This document shows, one piece after another, positions 29,830-43,670 of a stretch of DNA of 64,000 nucleotides. The DNA is from Eledone cirrhosa. Its lineage: Eukaryota. The position numbers and the translations under genes were made by a program. Under the pieces are notes generated by a model. It made no database searches. It was not told where the DNA came from and saw only the letters and a program-made list of their open reading frames with translations. The stretch's first letter is position 1. Each line of letters starts with the position of its first letter. The stretch lies in assembly GCA_964016885.1 (NCBI GenBank), contig OZ024746.1, forward strand, positions 45,384,001 to 45,448,000, in the 5' to 3' direction.

Positions 29830-30180
29830 TTTCTTCTTCAACCACTTATTCTTGAGAGGGTTGTTGGGGAAGAATCCTCAAACACTCCCTCCAGTGAGTC
29901 CTGTAAGAAGTAACCATCTCCAACTGATCCGGCTGGATCCCCAAGCGAGACCAACCAAGCTCATGGATATTATCCAACCATCTTGCTCAGGGTCTACCTC
30001 TGTGTCTCTTACCAGTTGGTTTTGTCCTTAAAATCTGTCTAGTGTATATTTCCTGAGACATTCTAACCCCATGCCCATAGTATCAGAGCTGTGATCGCTC
30101 AATTCAGAGAAGTAGCAGCTCTACCTTAAGTAAGGTTACTCCAAAGACCCTTCATGTGAATGATCTTTGGAGAAACCTTA
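29830..30180 (-). mobile_element. RTE-clade LINE 3' fragment
   Basis: Minus strand reads KRHRGRP*ARWLDNIHELGWSRLGI and ends in a (GAA)-like tail. Confidence 0.6.
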
Positions 30181-31053
30181 CCTGCCTTAAATTTCTGTTT
30201 CGATGGCAGAAAGAAATCTCCCTATTTCATGGCACGGCAGAGATGTGTTATCTTCCTTTTTACTCGTTCTGTATATGTTCCCTGAGCCTGAAGCCATTGT
30301 CTGTCTTTTCACATTTTTCCTATGTCATTTTATCATTTGCTTCATGCCAACCCTTGTCTAGTCATGCTTAGTAAGTCGTCATGTTAGATAAACTTGTATT
30401 ATTGTTAACAAATTCATTATTTTTAGTTTCGAAATGATTGCTGTGTCTATTTGTTGAAATAAAAGTAATAACTGGTCAGATATAATTATCAAAGACAGAG
30501 ACGATAATATCTGTATCCTGATAAACATATCGATCTTTTCTCACAAAAACATCGCCCGGAAAGAAGTTGAGAAACTATCAAATTACAAGAATGTCGAAAA
30601 TGAAAGAAGCAGATAAAAGTAAAACTACTAACAAAATAATTGGAGCCCAGGGTATTATAAGGAAGTACATGAACAAACACAAATATCAAGCAGGGGCTTA
30701 CACATCTACATATGCTCAAAACATACATCTATTAGCCGAATTTCCATCCTACGCAAAACTCTTTTAATTCAAATACACAACTGGTGTATTATTAACTGTT
30801 CAAGGATTCCGTTGCAAAGGGGCATTAGGACTGTTTCAATATACTTGCAATCTGGTTTTTACTACACCGATTTACTATTGACTCTAAATATGTTAGTATG
30901 ATCATGTTTTTAATTTCTTTCTTAGTCTCATATTGGTGATAAAAAAGCGCGATACACATGTACAGTATATATACGCAAAACAAAAAAAAAAACAACACAA
31001 AACTATTTTCTAAATATTTATAATGTCTTTTATTCACAGTTGTATAAAAATAT

Positions 31054-31395
31054 TGTAGCGACCCCTAGGGTAAAAAAAAAGAGAATTAATTAGAGTTACT
31101 TGCTGTAGGCATTATAAATAGACGAGATTTGTGTTTCTCACTCTTATTTGCTGAAGAAAAAAAAACAGGAATCAATTTCTCGTTCAGCGTCCGCTGTGTT
31201 AATTATGAGCAACTCATCGTTACCGGCATTTTGTGGCGACGCTAAATTGTGGTTGCCCAGTTGGATTCATATTTTGCCGCCAACAAGGCCGGCAGCGAAT
31301 AAGAGAGTGAGAAACACAAGTCTCGTATATTTATAATGCCTACGGAAAGTAACTCTAATTAATTCCCTTTTTTTTTTACCCTAGGGGTCGCTACA
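31054..31395. mobile_element. 342-bp MITE with ~100-bp TIRs, TGT...ACA ends and ATAT TSD (Ginger-like)
   Basis: tgtagcgacccctagggt at the left end mirrors accctaggggtcgctaca at the right; ATAT at 31050-31053 and 31396-31399. Confidence 0.85.
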
Positions 31396-31608
31396 ATATA
31401 ATGCTTACAGAACGAAACCACAAACATGAAAATATACAAATATAAACGCATAAAAGAGATATAAAAAAATATAAAAAAGATGAAGAAACAAGGGGACAAT
31501 TCATCACCAAGTGAAAAAAATCGGCACCACATCTTAACGGAAGCTCTGTTATACGCCATTTATGCAACAAGTATGACAAAACTCACATAAGCTACCGTGG
31601 TTGGCAAC

Positions 31609-33220
31609 CAGTGGCGGCTCATGGCTATAATTAGCGGGAGTGCTGCTTCAGAACCATTGTTTTAATATTGTATAAAACGAAACGAAACGTATAAAATGAA
31701 AATGTATACATAAACTTGATAAAATCCTAAACGAAAATATATATATATTTTTTTTTAACGTAATTTAACAAAATTGATTTACAGTTGAATAACATTGCAA
31801 ATATGCTTTGAATATGTATACATAAATAACATTATAAATAAAAAGAAATATAATACAATGCTTACAGAGCGAAAGCTGAAATATAATATAAAGGAAAGGG
31901 AAACAAAAAGAGGAAAAGACAGAGAAAAAAACCAGAAGCAGTTGGCACACACATATAGGACCACATACAACAAAGGGCAGGCGAAAGGGGTGGACAACCG
32001 AGCCGCTACCAGAATAAAAGATAACAGTATCGCGGTAGTTGGCCGGCAGATCACGGTATTTTAAGATTTTGTTCCAGTCGGCTGCGGGTCTCACCCTAAC
32101 CGCAGCTTCCAGGATGTGAGAAGAAGCAAAATAGTCAATTGTTACTGTTCAAGCTTGATCCATTCTTCTTGATTTACTTTGAGTGAAAAGGTTAATAATT
32201 TTTCCTTGATCCCTGGATGACTGTTGAGGAATTTACTGGATTTACTGAATCATCTTTTTCATCATGTCCACGTAAGGGAGTTTTAAAGTTTCTACAAAAT
32301 AAAATAGTCTATTATTTTGGATAAAATTTCACGGTTCTTTTTTAACTCTCGTATTATGCTCATTGACTAAAAGTCTGTATGCCTTGATATTTACGTTTCC
32401 TAAGAGTGACAGTGAAACCACATTTCCAACATGCTTCTTTGACGTCTCAAGTTTTTCAGTTTTTTCTTTTATTTTCTTTATATTTCTAAAACCATCTTTT
32501 GTCCACGTTACATCACCTCCAAACAGCAAGGCGGGAAGCAAAACAATGCAATTTTCACTTCACAGCCGCAGAGCGAACGTTTCTGTTTGTACCATTCAGA
32601 ATTAAAGCTACGAATATACCTCTTGTTGCTTATTCCTAGCCGAGATATTTGCATATATCAGGTGTTGAGCGGCTTCTTTTCTTAACTGTAACTATCTCAT
32701 AGAGAGACAACTATGAAAACTTAAGGTGTTGAAGTTCACTTACTGTCACAGAACATATTTCTTATGGATGCAAGTAGGCCATGGTTAAATTATTTAAATT
32801 CTCTATTCAATTAAACAACCCCCCAAAAATTATAAATTAAATAGAATAGCTGGAAGCTATGTACAGTTTTTCACATTCAAGAATATGGTACACGGTTTTT
32901 AAGCACAACACACGATGATTCAGAAATAAATACTATCTTACACTCGGACAATATGGTCGGCACTGCGTGAACGACAGCTTTCTCTCTAACCAGCGTTCAA
33001 CGTCTTTCCTCGGACATGTGCGCACACGCACAACAACCAAACACCGCATCGCTGGAACTGTGAAGCACAAAGTTCCATACAAGGATTTTAGTAATTCTTC
33101 ATGAAAGAGGCGTGGCTACTAACATTAGGCTTAAAGGCACTACCATACTATTAGCTGTCAGAAGTGAAAGTAGGCGAAGGTGACGTCATTCGTCAACCTT
33201 CTCAATCGTAAACATCGTTT
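31609..33220 (-). mobile_element. hAT (Tip100/ZMYM-like) DNA transposon remnant
   Basis: cagtggcgg terminus at 31609. Minus strand about 32250-32650 encodes frameshifted LCGCEVKIALFCF..LLFGGDVTWTKDGFRNIKK..EK.E.SKKH and LPLRGHDEKDDSVNP (TTF zinc finger/DUF4371-like). Confidence 0.7.
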
Positions 33221-33230
33221 ATTTCCGTAT

Positions 33231-33409
33231 ATTGGCAGTATCGGTAGTTACGTCCCTTTACGATCTATAGCATAGTTACGTCCCTTTACGATCTGAGTTC
33301 AAATCCCGCCGAGGTTGACTTTGCTTTTCATCCTTACGGGGTCGATAAAATAAAGTACCAGTAATGCACTAGTTAATTGCTGGCCTTGTGCCTAAAGTAG
33401 AAACAGTTA
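33231..33409 (+). mobile_element. Meta-domain SINE with a small internal duplication
   Basis: Family match; tagttacgtccctttacgatct occurs twice. Confidence 0.85.
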
Positions 33410-33433
33410 TTTTAATAAAGCATATCGATGTAA

Positions 33434-33785
33434 GTGGAGTTACTTAAATGAAAATATAGGTGGCCCTTAAAAGGGCCAAATTAGAAAACAAATTTAAGTT
33501 AATTAGAAAACAAGTCATGGTTATCAATGTAGAAAACAAGTCATTTTCACCAACAGTGGAATTACTTGACAGCAAATACCATGACTTAAATGAATTTTCA
33601 CCAACAGTGGAGTTACTTCTGACAGCTAATACCATGAACTATATTTTCATAGTCATGGTTATCAATGTAGAAAACAAGTCATTTTCACCAATAGTGGAGT
33701 TAACTTAAATGAAAATATAGGTGGCCCTTAAAAGGGCCAAATTAGAAAACAAATATATGGTTATCAAATTTTTTTCACCAACCCT
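33434..33785. repeat. Locally shuffled direct repeats
   Basis: 33445-33495 recurs at about 33705-33755; gtcatggttatcaatgtagaaaacaagtcattttcacca occurs twice. Confidence 0.75.
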
Positions 33786-33824
33786 ATACATTTATGAAGA
33801 AATGTTTAGAAAACAAATTTTTTT

Positions 33825-34838
33825 CACCAACCTTATTCAAAAGCATGGATACAGTCTCACTCACCGAGCTGCAATCCTGGGTCAAGCAAAGACCGAGAAA
33901 AGTGGGCGACTGGCACATTGAATGTGCCCAGGCGCTCACGGCCCTCTGGCAAGCGGATCCGGCAATCAGTGGAGACTCAACCTCAACATTCTATAGAGGG
34001 TTGGTGCGCAGTAAGTGCGACGACGCTCTCGGAGAGGCTCTGGGTATGGAGGAAGATGAGCTGGCCAGTCTGTTCGGTAGGACGTTTGGCCCGAGAGCGA
34101 TGGACAACTTCCAAAAGTCCCTGGCTTGTCAATGTTACCGAGGAGCTCTACCCGTTCGGGACAAGCTCTACCGACACGGGCTCCCGGGTAGGGACTCCTC
34201 GAAGAAGATCTGTCCGAGATGCGTGCGTGACGAGGAAACCGTCGCACACGCATTCGTACACTACCCGGGCGTTACTGACCTGTGGGGCTATGTGGAACGA
34301 CTACTGTTGCGGGTGGGACCAATCCGGTTGACCACCGAGAACATTGTCACGATCAAACCGCCTCCCCCTTTCAAAAACGAAGGAGAGGCGGTTTTCCTCT
34401 GTGTGATAGCTATGGCGAAAGAAGTTGTATGGTGGACAAGGTTGAAAGGGCTGAGGTCAGACACCTTTCTCTCCGGCCAACAACTGGTCTTTTTTTTCAA
34501 GTACCACTTTAGAAGAAGGATCAGAATGGAAAGAGAGGTGCTCTACCCCAACAAGTTTTATGAAAGTAGCGAGAATGGCCTGAGTGAATGGGCCTTCTCT
34601 CTATATCAGCCTGTAGGTGAAAGAGGAGAAGAATCAGAAGAGGAAGGAAGCACCCGCTCTTTGTGCTCCTGAAGAGGAGGGTTGCACATTTTTTCGGGCG
34701 TGTGCGACCCATGCTCCCTATTGAGGACATCGATTGTTAAATTTAATTTGTTATATGTTTTTTACACGTCTTTTTAAATGTATGTAAACTCCTCCCTTTG
34801 TATTTGTCCCAATCTTTGATGCCCTGGTGGCAAATAAA
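33825..34838 (+). mobile_element. Tx1/L1-clade LINE 3' fragment (zf-RVT region of ORF2)
   Basis: GC-rich island. ORF 33794-34672 has ALPVRDKL...CPRC...ETVAHAF...LW...VVWWTR. Ends with aataaa. Confidence 0.8.
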
Positions 34839-35404
34839 TAGAAATTTATATCTACTACACGGAACTCTCTTCCAATACCCCTTTCTGTATCAATTAACCT
34901 CAAACTCTCCCCCTCTCTATATCTACTGGCGGAACTCTCTTCAAATTCCTCTCTCTATATCAATAAACATAATTTTCTCCCCCTCTCTATATCTAATATA
35001 CGACACACTCTCCCAACGTTCCTCTCTACGTATATCAATTACCACTAAACTCTCCCCTCCTCCATATCCTTATCTATCTCCACTTAACATGTACATAAAT
35101 TGTAGCGCATATACAAATAGATGTGTTTTGGTAGTTTGGGGAGAATAATATAATTACTGGAAGAGCCATGCCCCCCCCCCCCCCGCATAATCCTGCCACA
35201 TCTTGACCTCGTTTTCGTACTCACCGAAGCAGTGACGAAAATTTCGTTAATGATTGGGCAAGTTTTTACATTTGTTTGCGTAGAAAAATAGAATAAAAAC
35301 AATTAATTCATCTCATTTTATGCTTTGATGTTAAAGTGTTAGCATATTATCGATGGATACTTAGCTGCAGCCATTCCTACGACATATTTATTATTTTCTA
35401 TGAC

Positions 35405-35507
35405 CGCCGAGGTTGACTTTGCCTTTCAGCCTTACGGGGTCGATAAAATAAAGTACCAGTAATGCACTGGGTAATTGCTGGCCTTGTGCCTAAAGTAGAA
35501 ACAATTA
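35405..35507 (+). mobile_element. Meta-domain SINE fragment
   Basis: Family match. Confidence 0.85.
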
Positions 35508-36310
35508 TTTTCTATGACTGTAACCAGAAAGAAAGGGGTCTATTATTTTTTAATGATGCATATACCGCAGTTGACATTAATATTTCCTTTAGTTATTCTA
35601 ATATTTTTTTTTCTTCCAGGCCAGACATTGATATTATGTGGTTAAAATTAAACCTTCTATTTCTGCATTCCATCTAAAGAATTTTCATCATTGTTAGATT
35701 TAATTTTCTTCACAGTATAATGCATTGTTTTATATAATGTTTTTTCTCAATGTTTTCCAAACCATGTCTTCAAATTCTCCTTTAGTTTCGGTTAGTTTTG
35801 TGTAACTGACATGTTCTCCTCGTCAAAACACTTTCGCGCATTATAATTAGTTTCTATTTGTACCACCTTATATCTGTATATAGAGAGAATTACTTTTGCC
35901 TATTCCCAGTGGTCTTCTGCAACCTTCTAATTTACCCCATTCTAATTACTTTGCTATTTTCTAATTACGTTACTAGAGTCACCGTAGTTACTCAACAGTA
36001 TTTCTTACTTTCTGTGTATAGGTTAGGCATAATCTATCTTCATCCGCTACGGATTTGTGAAATTAGAGTACAGTTCCCTAGTTTTCTCCTGCAAGCATTT
36101 CCTTTGCAATTTAGTCGTAGATAGTGTGATAAATTGCAAAAATAAAAAATAATCTTTGTTGTATTACATTTAATCCCTTACGTTCTTTGTTCAAATCCCA
36201 ATTAGATTAACTTCACCAGTGATCCGTTGATGTCGATTAATAAGTCAATGCAACGGATTACAACCTTTTCATGAAACGTGTTGTCTTTGAGCTAAATTAT
36301 CACTACTATT

Positions 36311-36490
36311 GGTGAATTGGCAGTATCGGTAGGGGTCGGACATGCTTTCCAGCATAGTTACGTCCCTTTACGATCTGAGTTCAAACCCCGCCGAGGTTAA
36401 CTTTGCCTTTCATCCTTACGAGGTCGATAAAATAAAGTACCAGTTATGTACTGGGTAATTGCTGGCTTTGTGCCAAAAGTAGAAATTATT
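36311..36490 (+). mobile_element. Meta-domain SINE
   Basis: Family match. Confidence 0.85.
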
Positions 36491-36559
36491 ATTAGTAGTA
36501 ATAGTAAGAGAAACAATTTCAAGAATAGTTGATGTTTGAAAGAGTAAAGACACTAAATA

Positions 36560-36800
36560 AAGGTGCGTTGCTTAGTGGCTATGGAAATTTCGATTCCTGG
36601 CAGTGCCTTCTTTCTTCGAGTAAGGCAATTTATTTCTAGTTGCTCCAGTCCACTCAACTGGAAAATTAAATTGTGCCTGTAATTCAAAAGGACGGCCTTG
36701 TCATACACTATTCCATGCTGGACCTCCCTGAGATATGATTAATCTTACGCGTGTTTTTAGAATGATCAGCCACGTTCATGAGCAACCTGCTCCGTTGCAA
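36560..36800 (+). mobile_element. Old CORE-type SINE
   Basis: ttgctccagtccactcaactgg...cctgtaattcaaaaggac. Confidence 0.6.
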
Positions 36801-36977
36801 CAATAACCAAGTCGTTAAATAAATAGCAATTACATACTGTGGGTTTCTCCTAGATGTTTTAGTTCGTGCCAATATTAGAAATTATTATTTAGTATTGTCC
36901 TAATTTCAGGAAATTGTTTTGTTTTATTGTTCCTCGTGTTACTTTAGTGTTTTTCTGTTTGTCCTATAGTATGTAGT

Positions 36978-37100
36978 CGGTGAATTGGCAGAGTCGTTAC
37001 AACGGGAAATATAATGCTGTGCTGTAGTCGTTCCGAGTTCAAAATCCACCAAGGTCAACTTTGTCTTTCATCCTTTCGAGTACCATTCCATCACTGGGTT
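36978..37100 (+). mobile_element. Diverged Meta-domain SINE
   Basis: ggtgaattggcagagtcgtta...gagttcaaa...ctttgtctttcatcctttcgag. Confidence 0.65.
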
Positions 37101-38104
37101 CGAGATTCCCTCAGTATTTCTCTCTCACTCTCTTTCTCAAACACACACTGTCGCTCCATCACTGAGAGAAATCAGCTATTTTCAGAACTGGAGAGTAAAT
37201 AGAGACCACCAGATTTAATATGCCCCAGTGATGCTTTCCTGTCACTACGGCGCCCTTACAATCCACCAGGAATTACGTGTTCATACATACATCTATGGTA
37301 TGTGGGTTCTGTTATTTTAATGGATAGTGATGGTCTTTTATACGTGTTTTGTTGTAGAATCGGCTGGTTATTCCGTAGATTACGTGTTTTGATGCTTGTA
37401 TTATTTTATATTGTGTAGAACGTGAGCTGGTGGTGGTACAGGGAGCGTGTTTCAGTGTCGTGTATAAGAGCATGTGGTTTGTTATCATATTAGGTAGAGA
37501 TTGAATACAGTGTATGTTCTGTGGGTTTTGATGCTGTTGTTTAGCCTCAGGTCACCATTGATCGAGTAGATTTATGATCAAAGGCATTCCAGCAATGATT
37601 ATTCCATACTTTTCCTATGAGCAGGAAACCAGAATAATATTATTGTTGAAGGGGATTTTGCTACTGTGTTTAGCAAAAGAACAACTACCATTGGCGGCTC
37701 GTGCATAGGCACAGCGGAACTGCAGTACCACCTATTTTCACTCGATATTATCGATAACATTCTATATAATGTCACCTTTTTTTCTTTATATTTATACATT
37801 ATATAACCCTTAAGCCGGCACTAGTGAAAGTTTCGTCAACCATCTCAATCGTAAACATCGTTCGCCTACTTTCACTTCTGACAGCTAATAGCATGGTAGT
37901 GCCTGAATATTTACTCCAGTAAATTGTTGAGTGCTTTATATACTTTTAAGCTTGTTGAATCCCAACAAATTAAATATAATATATATATATAGGAGATGAA
38001 TAAATTTGGACCAATACCAGTTTCTTACCAAATGTGAAGAAGCTCATTGAGCCCTTAAGAAAGGGCACAGTGTATAATTCTTTTTTAATTATATATATAT
38101 ATAC

Positions 38105-38323
38105 AGTGGCGATGGAACTTCGGGGAGCATGTGCCCTCCAATAATTATATGTTCTCCCAAAACTACCAAAGAACATATCTATTTGGATATGCGCTACAAT
38201 TTATGAACATGTGTTTATCGCATGTCGAAGTTTTCTTACCATTTTGGAGTGCAAAGAACTAAACTAAACACTAAAACTAAATTGTCCAAATTTTCCCCTC
38301 CTCCAGAAATGCTTCCACTGCCA
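38105..38323. mobile_element. Non-autonomous hAT-like element; related inverted fragment at about 35088-35190
   Basis: cagtggcga start. 38135-38210 is the reverse complement of about 35088-35163. Confidence 0.5.
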
Positions 38324-41300
38324 TGTCTAACGTTTTCAAGTATATTTGTGAGAAAAATAAAGATAAATTAGTCAAGGACTAATGCAGTTTTATTCTCGCC
38401 TCATATTATTTTTAGTTCATTCTTTAATACTCACCGCATAATATATATTAACAATAAATTTTGGGTTAATGATATATATCTATAGGACAACATTCTGAAG
38501 CTTTGACGTCAAAACATACCTTAAGTGATATAAATGCGAGCCAAAGTATAGGTGGCAATGATACCATTGTCTTATATATGCCTATTCAGACTTAAACATA
38601 GATAAAAGCAAATCATCTAGATGTAATAATTACATAAATATAATAATTCGGAAAACTCTGATAGTAATTCCAATCTCTTTTGACGAACATATTCCTCAGG
38701 GCTATGTTGAAAATTATCCAAGGATAAATATATTGAAATAGAAATAGATACGATGTAGAAAATGAGAGTAATAATAATAGTGGTAATAATTGTTATTCAT
38801 GGCTTTATGAAAAAGAACATTAACAAAATCATAAACGGCATGCCAAGTCTCACAAACTACAAATTAACTCTACCAGACAGCACTCACACTCTCTCAGTCA
38901 AAATAACTCTTACAATATACATATTTCATATTTTTGCACTCCACTCTCAATAGTCAGACACTGCAACATATAAAGTGGCATTTAACTCAATATCTTAATG
39001 ACAACCAAATCACTCAGAATATACAATTATCAATAAGAACATATACCACTCCACTAAAACAACAATACAGAAGCTACCTAAAACAAACGGCTATACCTGA
39101 TGCTGCAATAAAAACATTTTCATGCAACAATAGAAAGGTATGTTGTAAAAATATTAAGGAAGACGTATTCAGATAATGTAACCGATAGTAACATATTTGA
39201 ATCGGACTGCCCTCATTTATCTAAACGTTGTTGTTCACATTGCATTGTTTAAAAGAAAACTAGAGCTTATACAGGAAAATATAACTTAACTACATATTCA
39301 CCATTCAATGGATGAACTTTAGTTAAACTGAAACAAATAAAGGCATTGTGTAGATTTAACATAACAATGAAAATAGTTTACTTAAGAAATAGTTAAAACA
39401 ATATATTGAGACATTGTATGTGTGATTGTATATTTATATAAATCTTAATACAAGGTAAGAGAATTGTACAGTATATAAAAAAGTGTGTTTATATGTAGAA
39501 ATAAAACAACAGAATAACATCAAGTAAATATTTCGATTGAACTGTCGTTTAGGAAAGCAGAAACAAAAGATAAGTTTAATGATATGGGAAATATAGATTA
39601 GTCTAACAAAAGCAACTTTTCTCCAAAATATATTCGAGTTCTGAAGCTTTAACTAAATTGGAGACTCTCCATTGGTGAATCACAAAGGGAAACTCTGCGA
39701 GGTCGTTCGACCTGATTTATAGAGCAGACAAACATTTCTCGAACCACTCCACACCGTCTTTGAAAAAGTACATATTAGCTAAGTTATTTCTGGAAGAAAG
39801 ATGGGATAGTCATGATTTGAATGCATTTGATTATAATGTCTACTCAATCTATTGATCATGGCTGGCTGTGGTTCAAGTTGATAACAACGATGTGGTTCAA
39901 TGTCTTTCGTTCTGGCAGAGCAACTCCGTGAGAAATTTCGTCAATATGTTACAGAAGAAATTATGGGATCGGCTGTTCTATCTTGGCAGTCTGCTATTAC
40001 TCTCAGATATCGTATTGGAATATAGCAAGAGATTTATCACTGAAACTGAAGTGGGTAAGGTTTTCTGCTCATACATCAGATGCTGGTTATTAATATTGGA
40101 TAATTTGTGCTAAAATGTTATTCATATTTCGTATCATAGTCAATGTATACAGCAAGTGGCAGCTAACTGGAGGTATTCTCGTGTGTGTAAATTACAGAGT
40201 GGATTCATTAAATTGGAAGGACACAAGGAAATAGATATTGTGGGAAACATTTGACAATCGCAATACTCATTCAACCAACATCTCAAAAGAGATAAAACAG
40301 TCGTGTATGATTATTTTCTTTATTGCTTCAAATCTTTTTTTTTTTCCTTACACAATAAACCTAAATGTAGTTATTCGAGTGACAAATCTGCTTTCATACA
40401 AACATTTCTGAATAAGGGCTCATAGCTTAGCAGGTGTTGAAACGATGGTATCTATCTAACTCTCACTTTCTACACACACACATATATATTTGCTATTCAT
40501 TTTATCTAATAAAATATGGCACTGTGTTCGTTTATGCTTTCCAAACTAAGTTCCTTACAACAATGATACATCCCTGTTACTTCTACCCGCACACCATTTA
40601 TATATAACTGAGACTGCGTATCACTGCTCAATAATTTTTCGCGCACTCATATCATTTAGATATTTCCCACCAGGCATCCACTACTTCAATGCATCTGTTC
40701 TATGAATAAATATTTCGTTAGCTACTTAAAATGTCAACAGGACAACTTAATGTTCCTTATTCAACATCACCTAGACTCAGGTAAAAAGAAGTTCAAACAT
40801 ACTGTAGTGACCTACATTCCGCGGGCTCACATACATTCTCTGTGCGTGATTTGGCTCAGTTCAGCCAATTAGCGCCAGTAGAAGAGGCTGTATCCCTACG
40901 CGCCCTGAGGAAGAAATTCCCCGCGAAGATTTGAAGAATCTCTCTCTTGTACCGGAAACTTCAAGCCAGCAACACGCATAATGTAACGGTGAGATTTGCA
41001 CCCTAGCCTCGCCGGCTTAACGGCGCATTCCCTTTTGTAACCTCTTTTTATCTGTAACTTCAACCATATAAGTTAACAAACATTGTTTGTACTACATCAA
41101 AAATAACCAAACATTTCATCTCTAATTACTGCTGTTGAAATCATTATTATGTTCCTCGTGTCTCAATAACATCTATAATCCATGCTGCTGGAATTGGCGA
41201 CCTGACGAAAGGAATATTGTAAATAGATGGTAAATAGATCGAGGGACCTTCCCTCACGTCTATGTCAACAAGATAATCCAACGAGGATACTATCACTTAC

Positions 41301-41526
41301 CACACTGGCAACTAACGACCTTCAATCATCTACCCTGTTAAAGTGGCGACTACTCTATAACCAATACCGCTAAAATACTATACCACGGTACTCGTGTGTA
41401 TATAGCATATCTATGACTGCATGACAAAAACGAAATGGTGAAAAAATATTTCAACTCTGTTGAAAAGTTGTGCTTTCTTTACACCTTACTTAAGGATCTT
41501 ACCAGGAATCATGTCATAACTTTTGT

Positions 41527-41736
41527 GGCATACGTCAAAACGGCCGGTCTCAAAAATGAAACTAATTTGTGACAGTTACGTACACGTTATATATACACAC
41601 ACATACATGACTGACTTCATATGCTCTTATTTGCTCCTTTATTTTATATATATATAAATTTAAATAACTCTTATAACGTGTACGTAACTGTCAAAAATTA
41701 GTTTCACTTTTGAGACCGGCCGTTTAGACGTATGCT
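41527..41736. mobile_element. 210-bp MITE with ~65-bp TIRs and 8-bp TSD (ACTTTTGT)
   Basis: gcatacgtcaaaacggccggtctcaaaa mirrors ttttgagaccggccgtttagacgtatgc; ACTTTTGT at 41519-41526 and 41737-41744. Confidence 0.85.
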
Positions 41737-41824
41737 ACTTTTGTAAACAACGCGTAAAGAAAAAATAAATTATTCTTTATATATTTATTTTCTAAAAAAA
41801 ATAAAAACACGTCTAAAATCTGTC

Positions 41825-42065
41825 TTGAGCCCGGAGGCTCATCGGGCCGCTGCTTATCCAAGCTTTCGTGGCGTAAAGTAACTGAGAGTTCAGGTCTCAT
41901 CGCTGAACGGGACGTCAGTCCATCGTAGAGTTAAAACCCCTGCTATTGTTGGTATTCATTTTCAGCAACGTAAAATGAAGTATTTTACTCAAGAACACGA
42001 CACACCACCCAGTCCAGGAATCGAAGCTACGATATCTTGATCTAAGTTCAACAACTTTACCACAA
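41825..42065 (-). mobile_element. tRNA-derived SINE of a third family
   Basis: Minus strand has a gcttcgattcctggactggg head, a tgttcttgag CORE-like stretch and a cgatggactgacgtcccg tail. Confidence 0.55.
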
Positions 42066-42319
42066 CTGTTTCGTTTACTGCCTTCGTAACTCCACTAGTA
42101 GTAATCGATTCAAACCATTAAGAATTAGAGTCAGTCAACTGAGAGTAGGAGTTAAACTGGGAACATAAAAGAATATAAACAAATGCTTCGAGATATTCCT
42201 TATTTGCTTTAAAACCTTCCCCAACCCACACTCAACTAGTTTCGTTCTATCGTCATTCAGTTACTATTCTTCAATCTAGCAAGCATTGTTCAATTAATAC
42301 CGATGCGCAAATATTATTA

Positions 42320-42505
42320 GGTGGATTGGCAGTATCGGTAGAGGGTCGGACGCCATGCTTTGACGCATACTTACGGCCCTTGCCATTCTGAGTTCAAATC
42401 CCGCCGAGGTCATCTTTGCCTTTCATCCTTACGGGGTCGATAAAATAAAGTACCAGTAATGCACTGAGGTAATTACTGGCCTTGTGCCAAAAGTAGAAAC
42501 AATTA
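42320..42505 (+). mobile_element. Meta-domain SINE, full length
   Basis: Family match. Confidence 0.85.
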
Positions 42506-43328
42506 TTTTAAAGATGTACTATTTATTCACTATGCCTTATTCTTGCATTAAATATTTCACCAGAAATATATCTCTTTATTATTATATCCCAACCTTGAAC
42601 ATTTTAACCTGAATTTCAAGTATATTGATCTCTTTCATCAGAAAGAAGCTAAAAATGAACATTTCTCATTTGGTTCCGAATAAAATATAATTTTTAACAA
42701 ATAGAATTAAAACTAAACTACGAATGAAGATACTGTTAAAATAGTTGATACTCATTAGGGAGAATTATATAAAATCTTCACAAATGTATTCTGTACCAGA
42801 CTATCACATTCAAGACAATTAATAGAGAAGGTCAGTATTCTGTGTGACCAGTTGATTTAGGTATGGAAATACTGCTTCCCAACTAGCATCTACCGACTGT
42901 CACCACTATAACTAAAATACTTCTGGGGGCTGTGAAAGTGATAGCCTAGCTTACAATATTGTTATTTTTTGTTCTGGCAGCGGTTCGTTTGTCCACCGCT
43001 TTCGCCAGCCTTTTGTTGTATGTGGCCCTAGATATGTGTATTACCTGCTGGTATGTGTGTTTTTTTCTTTCTTTTTCCTTTCCTTTTTTTCTCTTTCTAT
43101 TTGTGATATTATGTTGACGGTTACACTTTAATAAAACTTATATTTATGGTGAAAAAAAAATCAAAAGAAATGTGGGCTGGTCTTGCATTATCAAATAAAC
43201 TTTATATTATCTTTTTTAATAAAGAAAGAAATTAAAGACTGCACAATTTTGTCAATCAAATTCTAATTTTACTAAGTATTAGAACTAAGTTTAAAAAGCT
43301 ATGAGCAATATTAATAACTGCTTTATAA

Positions 43329-43670
43329 TTAATTGTTTCTACTTTAGGCACAAGGCCAGCAATTATCCAGTACATTACTGGTACTTTATTTTATCGACTC
43401 CGTAAGGATGAAAGCAAAGTTAACCTCGGCGGGATTTGAACTCAGACTGTAAAGAAAGGGACGTAACTATGCTAGAAAGCATGGCGTCCAACTCTCTACC
43501 GATACTCCCAATTCAACTGCTTTATAAAATTAATTGTTTCTACTTTAGGCACAAGGCCAGCAAATACCCAGTGCATTACTGGTACTTTATTTTATCGACC
43601 CCGTAAGGATGAAAGGCAAAGTCAACCTCGGCGGGATTTGAACTCAGATCGTAAAGGGACGTAACTATGC
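43329..43670 (-). mobile_element. Two adjacent Meta-domain SINEs (43329-43514 and 43531-43670)
   Basis: Family match; aactgctttataa flanks the first copy on both sides. Confidence 0.85.

Noticed and set aside
40780-41260. Possible LTR with a primer-binding site (tggcgacc at about 41195)
   Set aside because: No clear TG...CA boundaries, second LTR, TSD or gag/pol remnant.
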